This document shows, in pieces, positions 1-14,100 of a stretch of DNA of 64,000 nucleotides. The notes below the pieces were generated by a model, which was given only the letters and a program-made list of their open reading frames with translations, was not told where the DNA came from and ran no database searches. The stretch's first letter is position 1, and each line of letters begins with the position of its first letter. Source of the stretch: Phyllobates terribilis (taxonomy: Eukaryota); NCBI RefSeq assembly GCF_046119375.1, contig NW_027362767.1, positions 385,392,001 through 385,456,000 on the forward strand, written 5' to 3'. Position numbers and translations under genes: made by a program.

Positions 1-1215
1 GCTGAGGTGTTATGGAAGCCCAGGTGGCTTTGATAGCTGCCTTCAGCTCGTCTGCATTGTTGGGTCTGGTGTCTCTCATCTTCCTCTTGACAATACCCCA
101 TAGATTCTCTATAATAGATTCTCTATGGGGTTAAGGTCAGGCGAGGTTTCTGGCCAATCAAGCACAGTGATACTGTTGTGTATACACCAGGTGTTGGTAC
201 TTTTGGCAGTGTGGACAGGGGCCAAGTCCTGCTGGAGAATGACATTTCCATCTCCAAAAAGCTTGTCGGCAGAGGGAAGCATGAAGTGTTCTAAAATTTC
301 CTGGTAGACGGCTGCACTGACTTTGGTCTTGATAAAACACAGTGGACCTCCACCAGCAGATGACATGGCTCCCCAAACCATCACTGATTGTGGAAACTTC
401 ACACTAGACCTCCAGTAGCTTGGATTGTGGCCTCTCCACTCTTCCTCCAGACTCTAGGACCTTGATTTCCAAATGAAATGCAAAATTTACTTTCATCTGA
501 AAACAACACCTTGGAGCACTGAGCATCAGTCCAGGTCTTTTTCTCCTTGGCCCAGATAAGACGCTTCTGGCGTTGTCTATTGGTCATGAGTGGCCTGACA
601 CAAGGAATGCGACACTTGTAGCCCATGTCCTGGATACGTCTGTGTGTGGTGGCTCTTGAAGCAATGACTCCAGCAGCAGTCCACTCCTTGTGAATCTCCC
701 CCAAATTTTTGAATGACCTTTTCCTAAAAATCCTTTCAAGGCTGCGGTTATCCCGGGTGCTTGTGCACCTTTTTCTACCACACTTTTTCCTTACACTCAG
801 CCTTCCATTAATATGCTTGGATACAGCACTCTGTGAACAGCCAGCGTCTTTAGCAATGACCTTTTGTGGTTTACCCTCCTTGTGGAGTGTGTCAAAGACT
901 GCCTTCTGGACATCTGTCAAGTCAGCAGTCTTCCCTATGATTGTGGAGCCTACTGAAATTGACTAAGGGACCTTTTCAAATGCTTAGGAAGTCTTTGCAG
1001 GTGTTTTTTGTTAATTATTCTAATTTACTGAGATAATGACTTTTGTGTTTTCATTGGCTGTAAGCCATAATCATCAACATTAACAGAAATAAATACTTGA
1101 AATAGATCACTCTGTGTGTAATGACTCTATATAATATATGAGTTTCACTTTTTGTATTGAAGAACTGAAATAAATTAACTTTTTGATGATATTCTAATTT
1201 CATGAGAAGCACCTG
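1..1215 (-). mobile_element. Tc1/mariner (DD34E) DNA transposon, decayed, running off the left edge of the window
   Basis: ORFs 399..920 (HTH, GRKR, WTxxQxSKVLFSDESKF) and 109..402 ([19 protein letters not shown]) are split by a frameshift. The start is mutated to ATA-GGG-AAG (~939). The TIR ends CAGGTG at 1215 next to a TA. Confidence 0.93.
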
Positions 1216-2304
1216 TATATAGATGTTACCTTTCATTGTAATTCTGTCTGTGATAATGAATGAGACTGTCGAAAAGTCACCTTTACATAACAAAAAATAG
1301 GAGTCTAGTATTAGAAGCCAGTGTGAAAATTTCAAGGTATTTTTTTTTTTATTGTTTTTTTGTTCAGATACATACAAACATTGTTTTTCACAAAATACAT
1401 TTAAGATACCAACCTGATTTAAATAATGGATCATTTTCTGATGACAGATTCCCCTTAATAGAGGATGAGCTGCAAGTATGGGATATGTTTGGCCTGTGCG
1501 CCATTTCATTACAGCAGAAAAAAAAAATTATACTGATAGTCTGCTGGACTTGTACCTACAGCAGACTCTGAAAATGCAATGTGAAGGCAGCCTAACACTG
1601 GAAAGCTCTTTAAAAGCCAGTCACACACATGAAATATTTGGTATATGTTTGGCCAACTTCACAATAAACATGCACGATTGTATCAGTGAGCATGCATGTT
1701 TGCCTCAATTTAAAGTGATTTTCCTTTACTCCTTCTGAATCCTTGTTTCCCACCAGTAAAATAACACTTATACTCCCCTCCGCTGCTGGCACCGTTCCAG
1801 CATTGGCTCTCCCGGGGCTTGCGTGACATTGTTATGTCACGCAATCCCTGTGGCCAATCAGTGCTAGCTTCATTCTCTCACTTCCTCTGGACCATGCCGA
1901 AGCCGAAAGTGAGTAAAAGTGTTATTATTCCACGGAGGGATTCAGAAGACGTTTTCAAAGTAGTGGACCACTCCTGTAAGGAGCATAGAAAGCGGCTGCA
2001 AGTCACAAATGGCAGCAACTTTTGTACTATAAGAAGAAAGGATCGGACGTATTGAAGTCAAACATGTCCTATTGGCATATGGTGGAGCGGTAGTATCAGC
2101 ATACCCTTTCTCTTTAACTCTGTAGGAAAGAGTCGTGTGCTTCGCTTTCCTTTGGAGATGTGCACATTAAAACATGGCGGATTTGTTGCGGATTCTACCT
2201 GCAGATTTGCACAAGTAGAAACTATCGCAAAGGAAGAGCGTGGTGAAGATTTACAAGTTTGCAGCATCCCCATTCTGTTGTGGAAGCACCACGGACAGAC
2301 TTAC

Positions 2305-2404
2305 CAATGTAGGCCACTCTGTCTGTCACCATATACTTGTTGTGGTTTACACGGGCAAAGGGGATGGGCTTCTGCTCTGGAGATACTGGAACTATGAAGA
2401 TTTT
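2305..2404 (-). CDS. PLD3: PLD3 exon with second HKD motif ([33 protein letters not shown])
   Basis: 100 bp; acceptor cctgttcag, donor gtaagt. Confidence 0.97.
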
Positions 2405-5400
2405 CTGAACAGGAAATGGTAAAAAGAAAAAACACAAGATAAATAAATCACTCATTATATCTAGTTATACATATGTAGTGAAGGTTACAGGAAATAAAAT
2501 CTAAACCAAATCTGCCAATATCATATGCTTATGAGGGTCTCCAGATAGTTCCCGACAGATGTTGCTGCATTAATTATTGAGCACTTCAAAATAAACTTAC
2601 CTTTTTGTTCTCCGGGAGATAAGCTGCCGCCAGAGGTGAGAGCCTGCTGTAACTATTGAAAACTCATGAATGTTCATCAGACACGAACATTCAGGAGTTT
2701 TACACCGACAGCTATCGCATATGTCCAATTTTCCATACAGGTGGACCCACAAGTCCACTTACCCCTGAGGACCCACCCTTTTCAGGATCATTTTTAATCC
2801 CTTAAAGGGGTATTCCCATCTCCAAGATCCTATCCCAATATGTAGTAGGTATAATAATAATAATATTAGCAAATACCTCCAATTAGAAATGTAGTATATT
2901 TTTTCTGATTCGCTATCTCTTACCTCATGTGCAGGCATCGCAGGACCTTAGGTATCCATGGTTACGTCCACTGATAAAGTCACAGTTAGTTAGCTAGTTG
3001 GTAGTAGTCGTAACCATGGATACCTAAGGTCCTGCGATGCCTGCACATGAGGTAAGAGAAATAGCAAATCAAAAATACTATACTAAATTTCTAATTGGAG
3101 ATATTTGCTAATATTATTATTATTATTACACCTACTACATATTGGGATAGGATCTTGGAGATGGGAATACCCTTTTAAGGATGGAGCCAATTATGTACTT
3201 AATGACCAGGTCCATTTTTACAATTCTGACCAGTGTCACTTTATGAGGTAATTACTCTGGAACGCTTCAACGGATCCCACTGATTCGGAGATTGTTTTTT
3301 GTGACATATTGTACTTCATGATTGTGGTAAAATTTCTTTGATATGTCTTGCGATTACTTGCGAAAAAAACGGAAATTTGGCGAAAATTTAGAAAATTTTG
3401 CAATTTTCAAACTTTGAATTTTCATGCCCTTAAATCAGAGAGATATGTCACACAAAAGAGTTACTAAATAACATTTCCCACATGTCTACTTTACATCAGA
3501 ACAATTTAGGAACCCAAATTTTTTTTTGTTCGGAAGTTATAAGGGTTAAAAGTTGACCAACGATTTCTCATTTTTCCAACAAAATTTACAAAAACATTTT
3601 TTTAGGGACCACATCACATTTGAAGTGACTTTGAGGGGCCTTTATGACAGAAAATACCCAAAAGTGACACCAGTCTAAAAATTGCACCCCTCAAGGTGCT
3701 CAAAACCACATTCAAGAAGTTTCTTAACCCTTCACGTGCTTCACAAGAACTGAAGCAACGTGGAAGGAAAAAATGAACATTTAACTTTTTTTCACAAAAG
3801 GTTTACTTCAGACCTAATTTTTTTATTTTCACAAATGTAAGGAGAGAAAATGGACCACAAGATTTGTTGTGCAATTCCTCCTGAGTACGCTAATACCCCA
3901 TATGTGGGGGAAAACCAGTATTTTGGCGCACGGCAGGGTTCAGAAGGGAAGGAGCGCCATTTCACTTTTTGAATGTAAAATTTGCTTGAAAAATAAGCGG
4001 ACGCCATGTTGCATTTGGAGAGCCCCTGATGTGCCTAAACAGTGGAAACCCCCCACAAGTGACACCATTTTGAAAACTAGACCCCTTAGGGAACTTATTT
4101 AGATGTATGATTAACACTTTGAACCCCCAGGGGCTTCACAGAAGTTTATTACATTGAGCCGTAAAAATAAAATTTTCACATTTTTCCCACAAAAATGTTT
4201 TTCAGCCCTCAATTTTGCATTTTCATAAGGGTAACAGGAGAAATTGCCCCCCCCTATACCATTTGTTGTGCAATTCCTCCTAGTAAGCCGATACCCCATA
4301 TGTGGGGAAAAACCACTGTATGGGCGCACGGCAGGGTTCAGAATGGAAGGAGCGCCATTTGACTTTTTGAATGTAAAATTTGCTTGAATAATTAGTGGAC
4401 GCCATGTCGTGTTTGGGGAGCCCCTGATGTGCCTAAACAGTGGAAACCCCCCACAAGTGACCCCATTTTGGAAACTAGACCCGTCAGGGAACTTATCTAG
4501 ATGTGTGGTGAGCACCTTGAACCACCAGGTGCTTCACAGAAGTTTATAACATAGAGCAGTGAAATTAAGAAATTAAACTTTTTTCCACAAAAATGTACTT
4601 TTAGCCCCAATTTTTTTATTTTCACAAGAGTAACAGGAGAAAATGGACCCCAAAATTAGCTGTGCAATTGCTCCTTAATGCAGACATACCCTATATATAG
4701 GGTAATACTATTGTTTGGGCGCACGGAAGGGCTTGGAAAGGAAGGAGTGTCGTTTGGAACACAGACGTTGATGGAATGGTCTGCGGGTGTCATGTCGCGT
4801 CTGGAGAGTCCCTGATGCGCCTAAACAGTGGAAAACCCCAGCAAGTTGCTCCATTTTGGAAACTACACCCCTCAAGGATTTTATCCAGGGGTATAGTGAG
4901 CATTATTTTCATGAAAATGTAGATTTAGCCCCAAATTTGTAATTTTTGCAATGCATAATAGAAGAAAAGGGACCCCATAATTTGTTATGCTATTGCTCCC
5001 GAACGCGATGATGCACCATATGTCATCAGAAATTACTGTTAGGCCACACGTCAGGGCTGAAAAGGAAGGAGCACTATTTGGCTTTTGGAGCATAGATTTT
5101 GGTAGAATAGTTTGTGGGAGACATTTGAGGAGCCCCTAAGATGCCAGAAAAGCAGAAAACCCCCAAAAGTGACCCCATTGTAGAAATTACACATCTCAAT
5201 GAATTCACCTACTGCTGCATTGACTATTATGTAACATCCACGCCAGACTTTATTCTTATGCCAGTTTAGTGCCCATACATTGTGCCCCCATAAAGTGTAG
5301 CGCCCCCATACATTTCTCCTGGTGACACACACCCTGTAAATTAAGTGGTCCCTCCGCTACAATAACGCCAAACATGTGGCCGCTTACTGCGATTTAGGCA

Positions 5401-8400
5401 CAGTGGGGCTCAGAAGGCATTTGGATTTGGGAGCGCAGAATTCACAAGATTATATTTGAGGGGGCAGGAGCTGTCGCTTTTCCAGAGTCTTTGTTCTACC
5501 AGTAACGTGGGACCCCCTATAGTCCCAGTGACAGATGACGGACCTGAGACGGGGCTGGTTTTGTGTGGGATAAATTAGGGGTTTTATTGGTAACATTTTG
5601 TGGTACATAATTTTTGATTGCTTCCAGAATAAGACTGGATCGCCAGTCTTCACTGAGCACTTACGTCGGGGTTTCCGTGTAAATCCCACAAAAATGCGAT
5701 TCAGAGGAAACCCCCAACGGAACCACCCACCACAAAGAGGCAGATGGAGACACTTTGGAGTCCGTTTGACGTCAGCTCCGGTGGTCTCCATCTTTTTAGG
5801 TGTGCACAGATCTGTGGTCGTCCACACTTGTGTGCTAAAAAAAAGCCTAAAATGATGGGACGCCGCCGGAACAGAGACCAGTCCAAAGGTACTCCATCAG
5901 CCTCATAAGTGAGTGGCTCCATCTGAGTTTTTTGTCTGAATTGCGGTTTTGGTGAATTTACATGGAAACCTCAACGTAAGCGCTCAGCAGAGAGCGCAGG
6001 ATAAACGTGAGCCGAGCCTTATTCCAATTTTTTTGGAGGCAGAATGAAGAAATAGAAATCAGTACCAGAATAGTTCTTATTTTTAATTTTTCACGGTTCA
6101 CCGTGCGGTATAAGTGATAAGGCGGATTTATTCTTCGGGTCGGTGCGATTACAGCGATACCAGATTTATATGGTTTTTTTTAGTTTTTGCTGCTATCACA
6201 CAGTGAAAATGATTGTTTTTTTTATAAAAAGTAGTTATTTTCGTCGCCATATTCTGAGAGCTGTAACTTTTTTATTCTTTGCCGAACAGCGCTGTATGAT
6301 GGCTTATTTTTTGCAGGACAAGTTGCACATTTTTTTGGAACCATTTTGGGGCACGTAGTAATTTTTGATCGCTGTTTATTCAGATTTTTTAGACAAAACA
6401 AAAACCAGCAAATCAGTTACTGTTTTTATTTTTTGTGCAGTTCGCCGTGAGCGGTAAAAGTCATAAGACCAATTTGTTCGTCGGTCGATACAATTACAGC
6501 GATACCAGATTGATATATATATATATTTTTTATGCTATGATAATTTTACACACTAAAAACAGTATTTTACAAAAAAGAACTTAATTTTGCATCGTCGCAT
6601 TTTGAGAGCTGTAACTTTTTTATTTTTTTGCCGAATGAGCCATATTAGAGCTTGTTTTTTGCGGGACTGATTGGCGTTTTTATTTGTACATTTTTTTTTT
6701 AAGCGTGACTTTTTGATCGCTTTTTATTAATTTTTTCATGAGTCAGTATGATGAAAAAGTGTCATTTTCGGCGTGTTTTTTATTTTTTAAGTCGTTTGCT
6801 AAACGGACTAAATAACGCAACAGTTTTGTAGAGCGGGTTGTTCCGGACAATTATCTGTACATTTTTACGTCTATTTTTATCACAATCGCTGAGTTTTAAG
6901 CGTCAAAATGAATTTTAGCGATTTGTGTGCACTTTTTGTGTGGTTTTTTTACTTTCTTACATATTTTATTTAACTTTTTTTCACTTTTTCACTAAGTCCC
7001 ACTGAGGGACATGTGTGATTTTCACTTTCATTGTTGATCTCATACTCTGCAGTAAGGCTGTACTGCAGTGCATGAGATCTGTCAGTGAGTTATGTCGGAG
7101 TCACTGACTGTGCCGGTGAGATCCAGCTTATTGCTGGATCTCACAGGCCCACCGTACCCTGGGATCATCACATGATCTCTGGGTACTATGGTTACCATCG
7201 GGACCCGCGATTCTAATCGCGGGGGTCCGATGCTTACAAAGGGGGTCGCAAGACCCCCTTGTAACAACTTAAATACCGCTGTCACGATTGACAGTGGCAT
7301 TTAAGGGGTTAATCGGCCCCGATCGGCATTGTGACCGGCTGGGACCGATACTGCAGGGTGTCAGCTGTCATACACAGCTGACACCCGCAGGAATCACTGC
7401 CGCCGGGCGGCACTATACACTTATTCCGCTGCGTCGCATTTTCACGGCGCTGTGGAATAAGTACCCTTAATGACTGCCGTAAAAATGTGTTACGGTGGTC
7501 GTTAAGGGGTTAAACAAAAGTATTAATAAAAGTCAATAGCAGAAGGATAAAAATATATGAGTACACATTTGCATCTGTCTCGAGAAAGAAAAATCTAAAA
7601 ACTTTCTACTTCTCCATTTACAAAACAATGTGCGGTCCAAATCTATAAGTAACTACGCACAGGCTCGTACATTACTACAGTGCAGGTAGCTTGGGCTTGT
7701 AAGGGATATTCAGACTGTAATTACTTATAGACCTCATAGATCACGACAAAGTAACAAATGTTCATGTGTAGGAAGGCGATCAGTAGACATACCACTTCTA
7801 TGTTATAGTGGGACTTGTTGTTCTGCAGAGCGTCAAGAGAGTTCAGGAAGGGGAACATATTGGGTTTAGAGTTTCCCCAGCAGCTAATTAACAGACGGAC
7901 GGTCACGTGTCTCTCGTAAACGGCTTTCCTCAGATGATCATCAATGACGGGCCAGTACCTTAAAAAATAAGGAAGGAAGAGACCAAGTAACGCAAACTGA
8001 AAAGAGGTCATGAAAGTGGAAGAGACTACAACCACCCGAATAGAAAGAATACACTTCTTACACTGACAAGAAATACATAAAAAACTGGTCTCACTTCAGC
8101 AAACTGCGACCACTACTAGACACCACTGCATCGTGGAGGTCAGCCTCACAAATTAGAGGCAGAAATAGATATAAAATAAAAAAAATTATATATATTATAT
8201 ATAGAATGTTATTTTTACTAATATATGTCTATAGGACTCATCAGAGGGAGGTTACCTTGCCGTGGTTGATGGGCATACATGAACTGGCCAATTTATGAGC
8301 CAAGAACCTTCATTTTTTGTAAGTACATCTTATTGAGTAAAAATTAAATCTAGACTTCATGTTTCCAGTGCTTTCATATATTTTGGCCCTTACAGAGTGC

Positions 8401-8416
8401 TGCTCTGTTTTCTTTT

Positions 8417-8467
<51 letters not shown>

Positions 8468-11127
8468 CAGTACAGACCAAAAGTTTGGACACATCTTCTC
8501 ATTTAAAGATTTTTCTGTATTTTCATGACTATGAAAATTGTACATTCACACTGAAGGCATCAAAACTATGAATTAACACATGTGGAATTATATACTTAAC
8601 AAAAAAGTGTGAAACAACTGAAAATATGTCTCATATTCTAGGTTCTTCAAAGTAGCCACCTTTTGCTTTGATGACTGCTTTGCACACTCTTGGCATTCTC
8701 TTGATGAGCTTCAAGAGGTAGTCACCGGAAATGGTCTTCCAACAATCTTGAAGGAGTTCCCAGAGATGCTTAGCACTTGTTGGCCCTTTTGCCTTCACTC
8801 TGCGGTCCAGCTCTCCCCAAACCATCTCGATTGGGTTCAGGTCTGGTGACTGTGGAGGCCAGGTCATCTGGCGTAGCACCCCATCACTCTCCCTCTTGGT
8901 CAAATAGCCCTTACACAGCCTGGAGGTGTGTTTGGGGTCACTGTCCTGTTGAAAAATAAATGATGGTCCAACTAAAAGCAAACCGGATGGAATAGCATGC
9001 CGCTGCAAGATGCTGTGGTAGCCATGCTGGTTCAGTTTGCCTTCAATTTTGAATAAATCCCCAACAGTGTCACCAGCAAAGCACCCCCACACCATCACAC
9101 CTCCTCCTCCATGCTTCACGGTGGGAACCAGGCATGTAGAGTCCATCCGTTCACCTTTTCTGCGTCACACAAAGACACGGAGGTTGGAACCAAAGATCTC
9201 AAATTTGGACTCATCAGACCAAAGCCCAGATTTCCACTGGTCTAATGTCCATTCCTTGTGTTCTTTAGCCCAAACAAGTCTCTTCTGCTTGTTGCCTATC
9301 CTTAGCAGTGGTTTCCTAGCAGCTATTTTACTATGAAGGCCTGCTGCACAAAGTCTCCTCTTAACAGTTGTTGTAGAGATGTGTCTGATGCTGGAACTCT
9401 GTGTGGCATTGACCTGGTCTCTAATCTGAGCTGCTGTTAACCTGCGATTTCTGAGGCTGGTGACTCGGATAAACTTATCCTCAGAAGCAGAGGTGACTCT
9501 TGGTCTTCCTTTCCTGGGGCGGTCCTCATGTGAGCCAGTTTCTTTGTAGCGCTTGATGGTTTTTGCAACTGCACTTGGGGACACTTTCAAAGTTTGCCCA
9601 ATTTTTCAGACTGACTGACCTTCATTTCTTAAAGTAATGATGGCCACTCGTTTTTCTTTACTTAGCCTTATGGCAAGAAAAAAGCAGCTGTGTGCCCACG
9701 ATGCGTTTTTTAAGCGTTTCCGCAGCGGCAAAAACACTGCAGAAACGCTTAAAAAACGCATGGTAGAAGGTCTGCCATGTCCCCCATGCGGATTATCATT
9801 GCGGAAAAAAACGCAGCACTACCAATTATTTTGACTTGCATTAGAACGCGCCAATTCCTCAAGACTGCATCTGTACTTGTGTAATTGGCGCATTCTAATG
9901 TGCGGATGGTACCCGGGTGTGGAGGAGAGGAGAGTCTTAGTCACACCCAGGTACCATTAAAATACCTGTAAAAAAAGAATAAAATAAAAAATAAATGTAT
10001 ACTTAATCATAGAATCATAGAATCATAGAATGGTAGAGTTGGAAGGGACCTCCTGGGTCATCTGGTCCAACCCCCTGCTCAAAGCAGGATTCACTAGATC
10101 ATCTCAGACAGATGTCTGTCCAGCCTCTGTTTGAAGACGTCCATTGAAGGGGAACTCACCACCTCTCGTGGCAGCCTGTTCCACCTTACTTACCTTCTGG
10201 CGGCCCGCGCTGCGCTCCTCCTTGCTTCCCGGCACTTCGCGATGGACAGAAGGACCTGCGCTGACGTCAGAGTCATGTGACGGGTCACGCGACGCTGACG
10301 TCGGCAGGTCCTTCACTCTACCGCTGCCGGCAGCCGAAACGGAAGATTACAAGACAGCGCTGGCCATCGGAGGGTAAGTATATATTTATTTTTTTACATT
10401 CTCTCGGGTCACAGTATATAAATCCATGCTATTTGCATGGATTTATATAGTGTGACCAAGTTGACAAGCACTTTCCAAGTGATGCTAAAATCGCTTGGAA
10501 AGCGCTTGTCAACCCGCATGCGGAAATGCAAGTGAAGAACGCTTCACATCCGCATGTCCCTGGCAGGAAAAACGCATGTACAATCCGCATGTACAATCCG
10601 CATGTACAATCCACATGTACAATCCGCATGTACAATCCGCATGTGTTTTTTTCTGCCAGGGAGATGCAGAAACGCTCAGAAAAAATCCTGAGCATTTCTG
10701 CATCGTGGGCACATAGCCTAATACAAATTGTAACAGTCTATTCAGTAGGACTATCAGCTGTGTATCCACCAGACTTCTGCACAACACAACTGATGGTCCC
10801 AACCCCATTTATAAGGCAAGAAAACCCACTTATTAAACCTGACAGGGCACACCTGTGAAGTGAAAACCATTTCCGGTGACTACCTCTTGAAGCTCATCAA
10901 GAGAATGCCAAGAGTGTGCAAAGCAGTCATCAAAGCAAAAGGTGGCTACTGTGAAGAACCTAGAATATAAGACATATTTTCAGTTGTTTCACACTTTTTT
11001 GTTAAGTATATAATTCCACATGTGTTAATTCATAGTTTTGATGCCTTCAGTGTGAATGTACAATTTTCATAGTCATGAAAATACAGAAAAATCTTTAAAT
11101 GAGAAGGCGTGTCCAAACTTTTGGTCT

Positions 11128-11181
<54 letters not shown>

Positions 11182-14100
11182 AAAAGATACATAGATATAT
11201 CTATCTATATATCATACACATATTATATTATATTATATTTAATATATTATTTTAATGATTTTTTTTTTACAAATAGTATTGAAACTCAGAGAGAAATAAA
11301 AAAGATTTCCCTTACTAGCAAACTTTTCGAAAGTCATTGTACCCCCGACTCTGAGAGCAAAAAAATTCACATGACCCAGGTCCAACATTCACTTAGGGAC
11401 TAGGTGGCAGCTGGACCAGGGCAGTGTGAACTTCCTCAGCGCCTCTTGCAATGGCTTGACCCCTTCCATGTAATGGCGTCATGTGAGACTTTGCCTCGTA
11501 GCATAACATCACAAGGGCCTAATAAATCGCAAGAAGTGCCCAGTATGCAGACATTCAAGTGCAGCCAAGCCAATTCACACTGCCTTGGTTCAGCTGCCAG
11601 GGAGAACTGAAAAGAATGGCGGATCTGGGTAGTGTGAATCTTTTTTCATCATCTCTCGTCCCTGGTTATTGGCCAAAGTACTCCTATCTGAGTCTGTGAC
11701 CCAGGTTGGGTTATTTTTGTCTTTTCCATTTTGGAACCAAACGATAAGAAGTATTGTGTAAAATGGATCTGTAGCATAACTGAAGCGAACAGAAGTAGAG
11801 GAACCACTCACGGATTATTATGGAGTCTGTCTGGATTTTGTTATAGCAGAAAAAACTGTTCTGCACGATGCACTTTTTCTTCCATTCTAAAAAAGGACAC
11901 AACAGAATCCAGATGGACCCCATAATAGTCAATGGTGCCCCCTTTCCGTCACCAGATTACATGTACATTAGTTATGAAATGGATCCGTTTTGAACATTTA
12001 TTCCACTTGGTTCTAGAATGGAACAAACAGAACTGAAGAACGCATGTGTGAACCCAGCCCTAGAAAGGTCCCTGGGCTGTGCGCCAGATGCATAAGATTT
12101 TCATGCGATCACTTCCCAGAGACTCCAGTAATGGCAGCTGCGCATACTGCGCTATATTGTACCTACACGTTTTCAATATAACACTACAGATTGGTATAGG
12201 AGCCATGATCGGTAAAATCACAGTCAGGGCAATTTTGCATCACGTTCAAGTCTTTTATTCTTTGCATTATTTACTTTGCCACCTTGTATATTACCTCCGT
12301 GGTTTAGAAAACTCTTCAGTGGGTGTATAATCCATGACTGAGATATACACAAACTTCTTGGCGTCATCTATTATGCTCACGATGGAGTCTATATCATCCG
12401 TTCTGCCCTTCGCAGACAGTGGCGGAGGCGAGCTCTAGTGAAGAGTTATAAAAAGTGAATTTCATGGTTTGCCCTGCCGTTATCTGACAAACACACTTGG
12501 TCAGGTTGAGACTACATGTGACAAGTAAGTTGCACTTACAGACAGGTACACGTGGGACTCGGTGTTGTTTAAAGACACTTCCATGGGAGTCTCTTTGTTG
12601 TAAATGGTGGAGAACGTGTCTGGCCATGGAGAAGGAATAGTAGCGTTTGCTTCACCAAGTACCCAATAAGCCTCAAAGATTTTTTCCAAATCTTCGGCAA
12701 GACAAGTACAGTTGTAGACGGTGCTCCCCAATTCTTTAACCTGTCAGTAAAAGTTATTAATAAGGTTAGAATTAATTAAAAAGGCAGCCAAAATCTGTCC
12801 ACACGCATTGAATGGAAGTTGTCTGATTCCGTTGCTTTTTGAGGAATCTGAAGAAAGAAAGATCAAGCATGATGCATGTCAGAAAATCTGATCCTCCAGG
12901 GAGAACAACCAAAATTGATCTTAGCAGATATTAATAAATTACCTGTGTTAATGATCTCCAGTCCATGTTGGCACTCCCAATATATATATGTTTGCCATCC
13001 ACCACCCAGAACTTAGTGTGCAGCACGCCATCAGTCAAGTGTGGCAGGTCTACGACCCGAACCTCCGCTCCTAGGTCCAGACAAGAATAAGAGATTGAAG
13101 GTAGACAGTCATAAACTCAGTAATGTAACTATTAAAGGGGCTGTTACATCTGAGACATTTCTATGTGCAGCAATTTTCTGAGCTCCCATAAAATGAATGG
13201 AGAGAGAGCAGAGCACGTGCGGCCATCTCCCCATTAATGACAGCGAGTACGGCAGGTCCCAGCGGTGCAAACATCATATACTGGACATTTATGGCATATC
13301 ATAGCAACGTGCCAGAAATATCTCAGACAGTAACATCTCTTTACACTTAATCAGTAAGAAAATACATCCCTTAGATTTCAGTTCTTGGGAGACTGAATAT
13401 ACGCTGTATCCATTGCAGTCTTGTAAAGCCGGATAAAGGTCGCCCCTTAATATTACCAAACTAAGGCGAGACTCTTACCGCTGGCTCTCAGTGCATTAAT
13501 ATCTGCGTCTTTGGTTGGAGATCCTGAAGGGTTGACCGCAACTCTTAAGTTGATACCTCGCTGCTTTAATTTGATCATTTCTTGTAGAATTAGTTCCCCC
13601 TATAAGCAAAAAAGATTTGCTTTGTTACATGTTTTAATTATCAAGTGCAAATATAATAGCAACAAAATGCCAATTTTCACTGTGTACCTAGATTCTCTGA
13701 ACATAAGGCTTTTCCTACTAAAAGTCTACCTAGGTGTTTGCACAAAAAGACTGAGCTGCTGCACAGAAAAAAAAAAAAAAACAGTGCGAAATCAAGCAGA
13801 CGTTGTTTTGGAATTGTTGCTGCACATTTTCTACACATTATGTGCAAAAGATTCCTACTGCATTTCCGCCCCAGGCATACAAGCCCAAAAGGTGGATATT
13901 TGTAGATCACTCCCAATTATATTGACTTGATCTGCCCTCTCCCTGCAAATATATATATTTCTTAAATTAAGTATTTGAATCTGTAAATAGATAAAAAAAA
14001 AAGTTTTGGAAACTTTTCAACTACTTTTTATTTTATTTCCTCTATCAAGATCTGTTTGTTGTCAGGAAATAAGACGAACTTGTCATTACAGAATGATTAA

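Larger units (their letters stand above)
8468..11132 (-). mobile_element. Tc1 transposon with long (~260 bp) TIRs, interrupted by a MITE
   Basis: TIR CAGTACAGACCAAAAGTTTGGACAC is mirrored at 11132; transposase ORFs 9165..9590 and 8631..9146 share a frame ([24 protein letters not shown]). Confidence 0.95.

Noticed and set aside
1216-2304. Terminal PLD3 coding exon (GTSNWSG...)
   Set aside because: No matching frame or acceptor found on the minus strand; it probably lies beyond the left edge.
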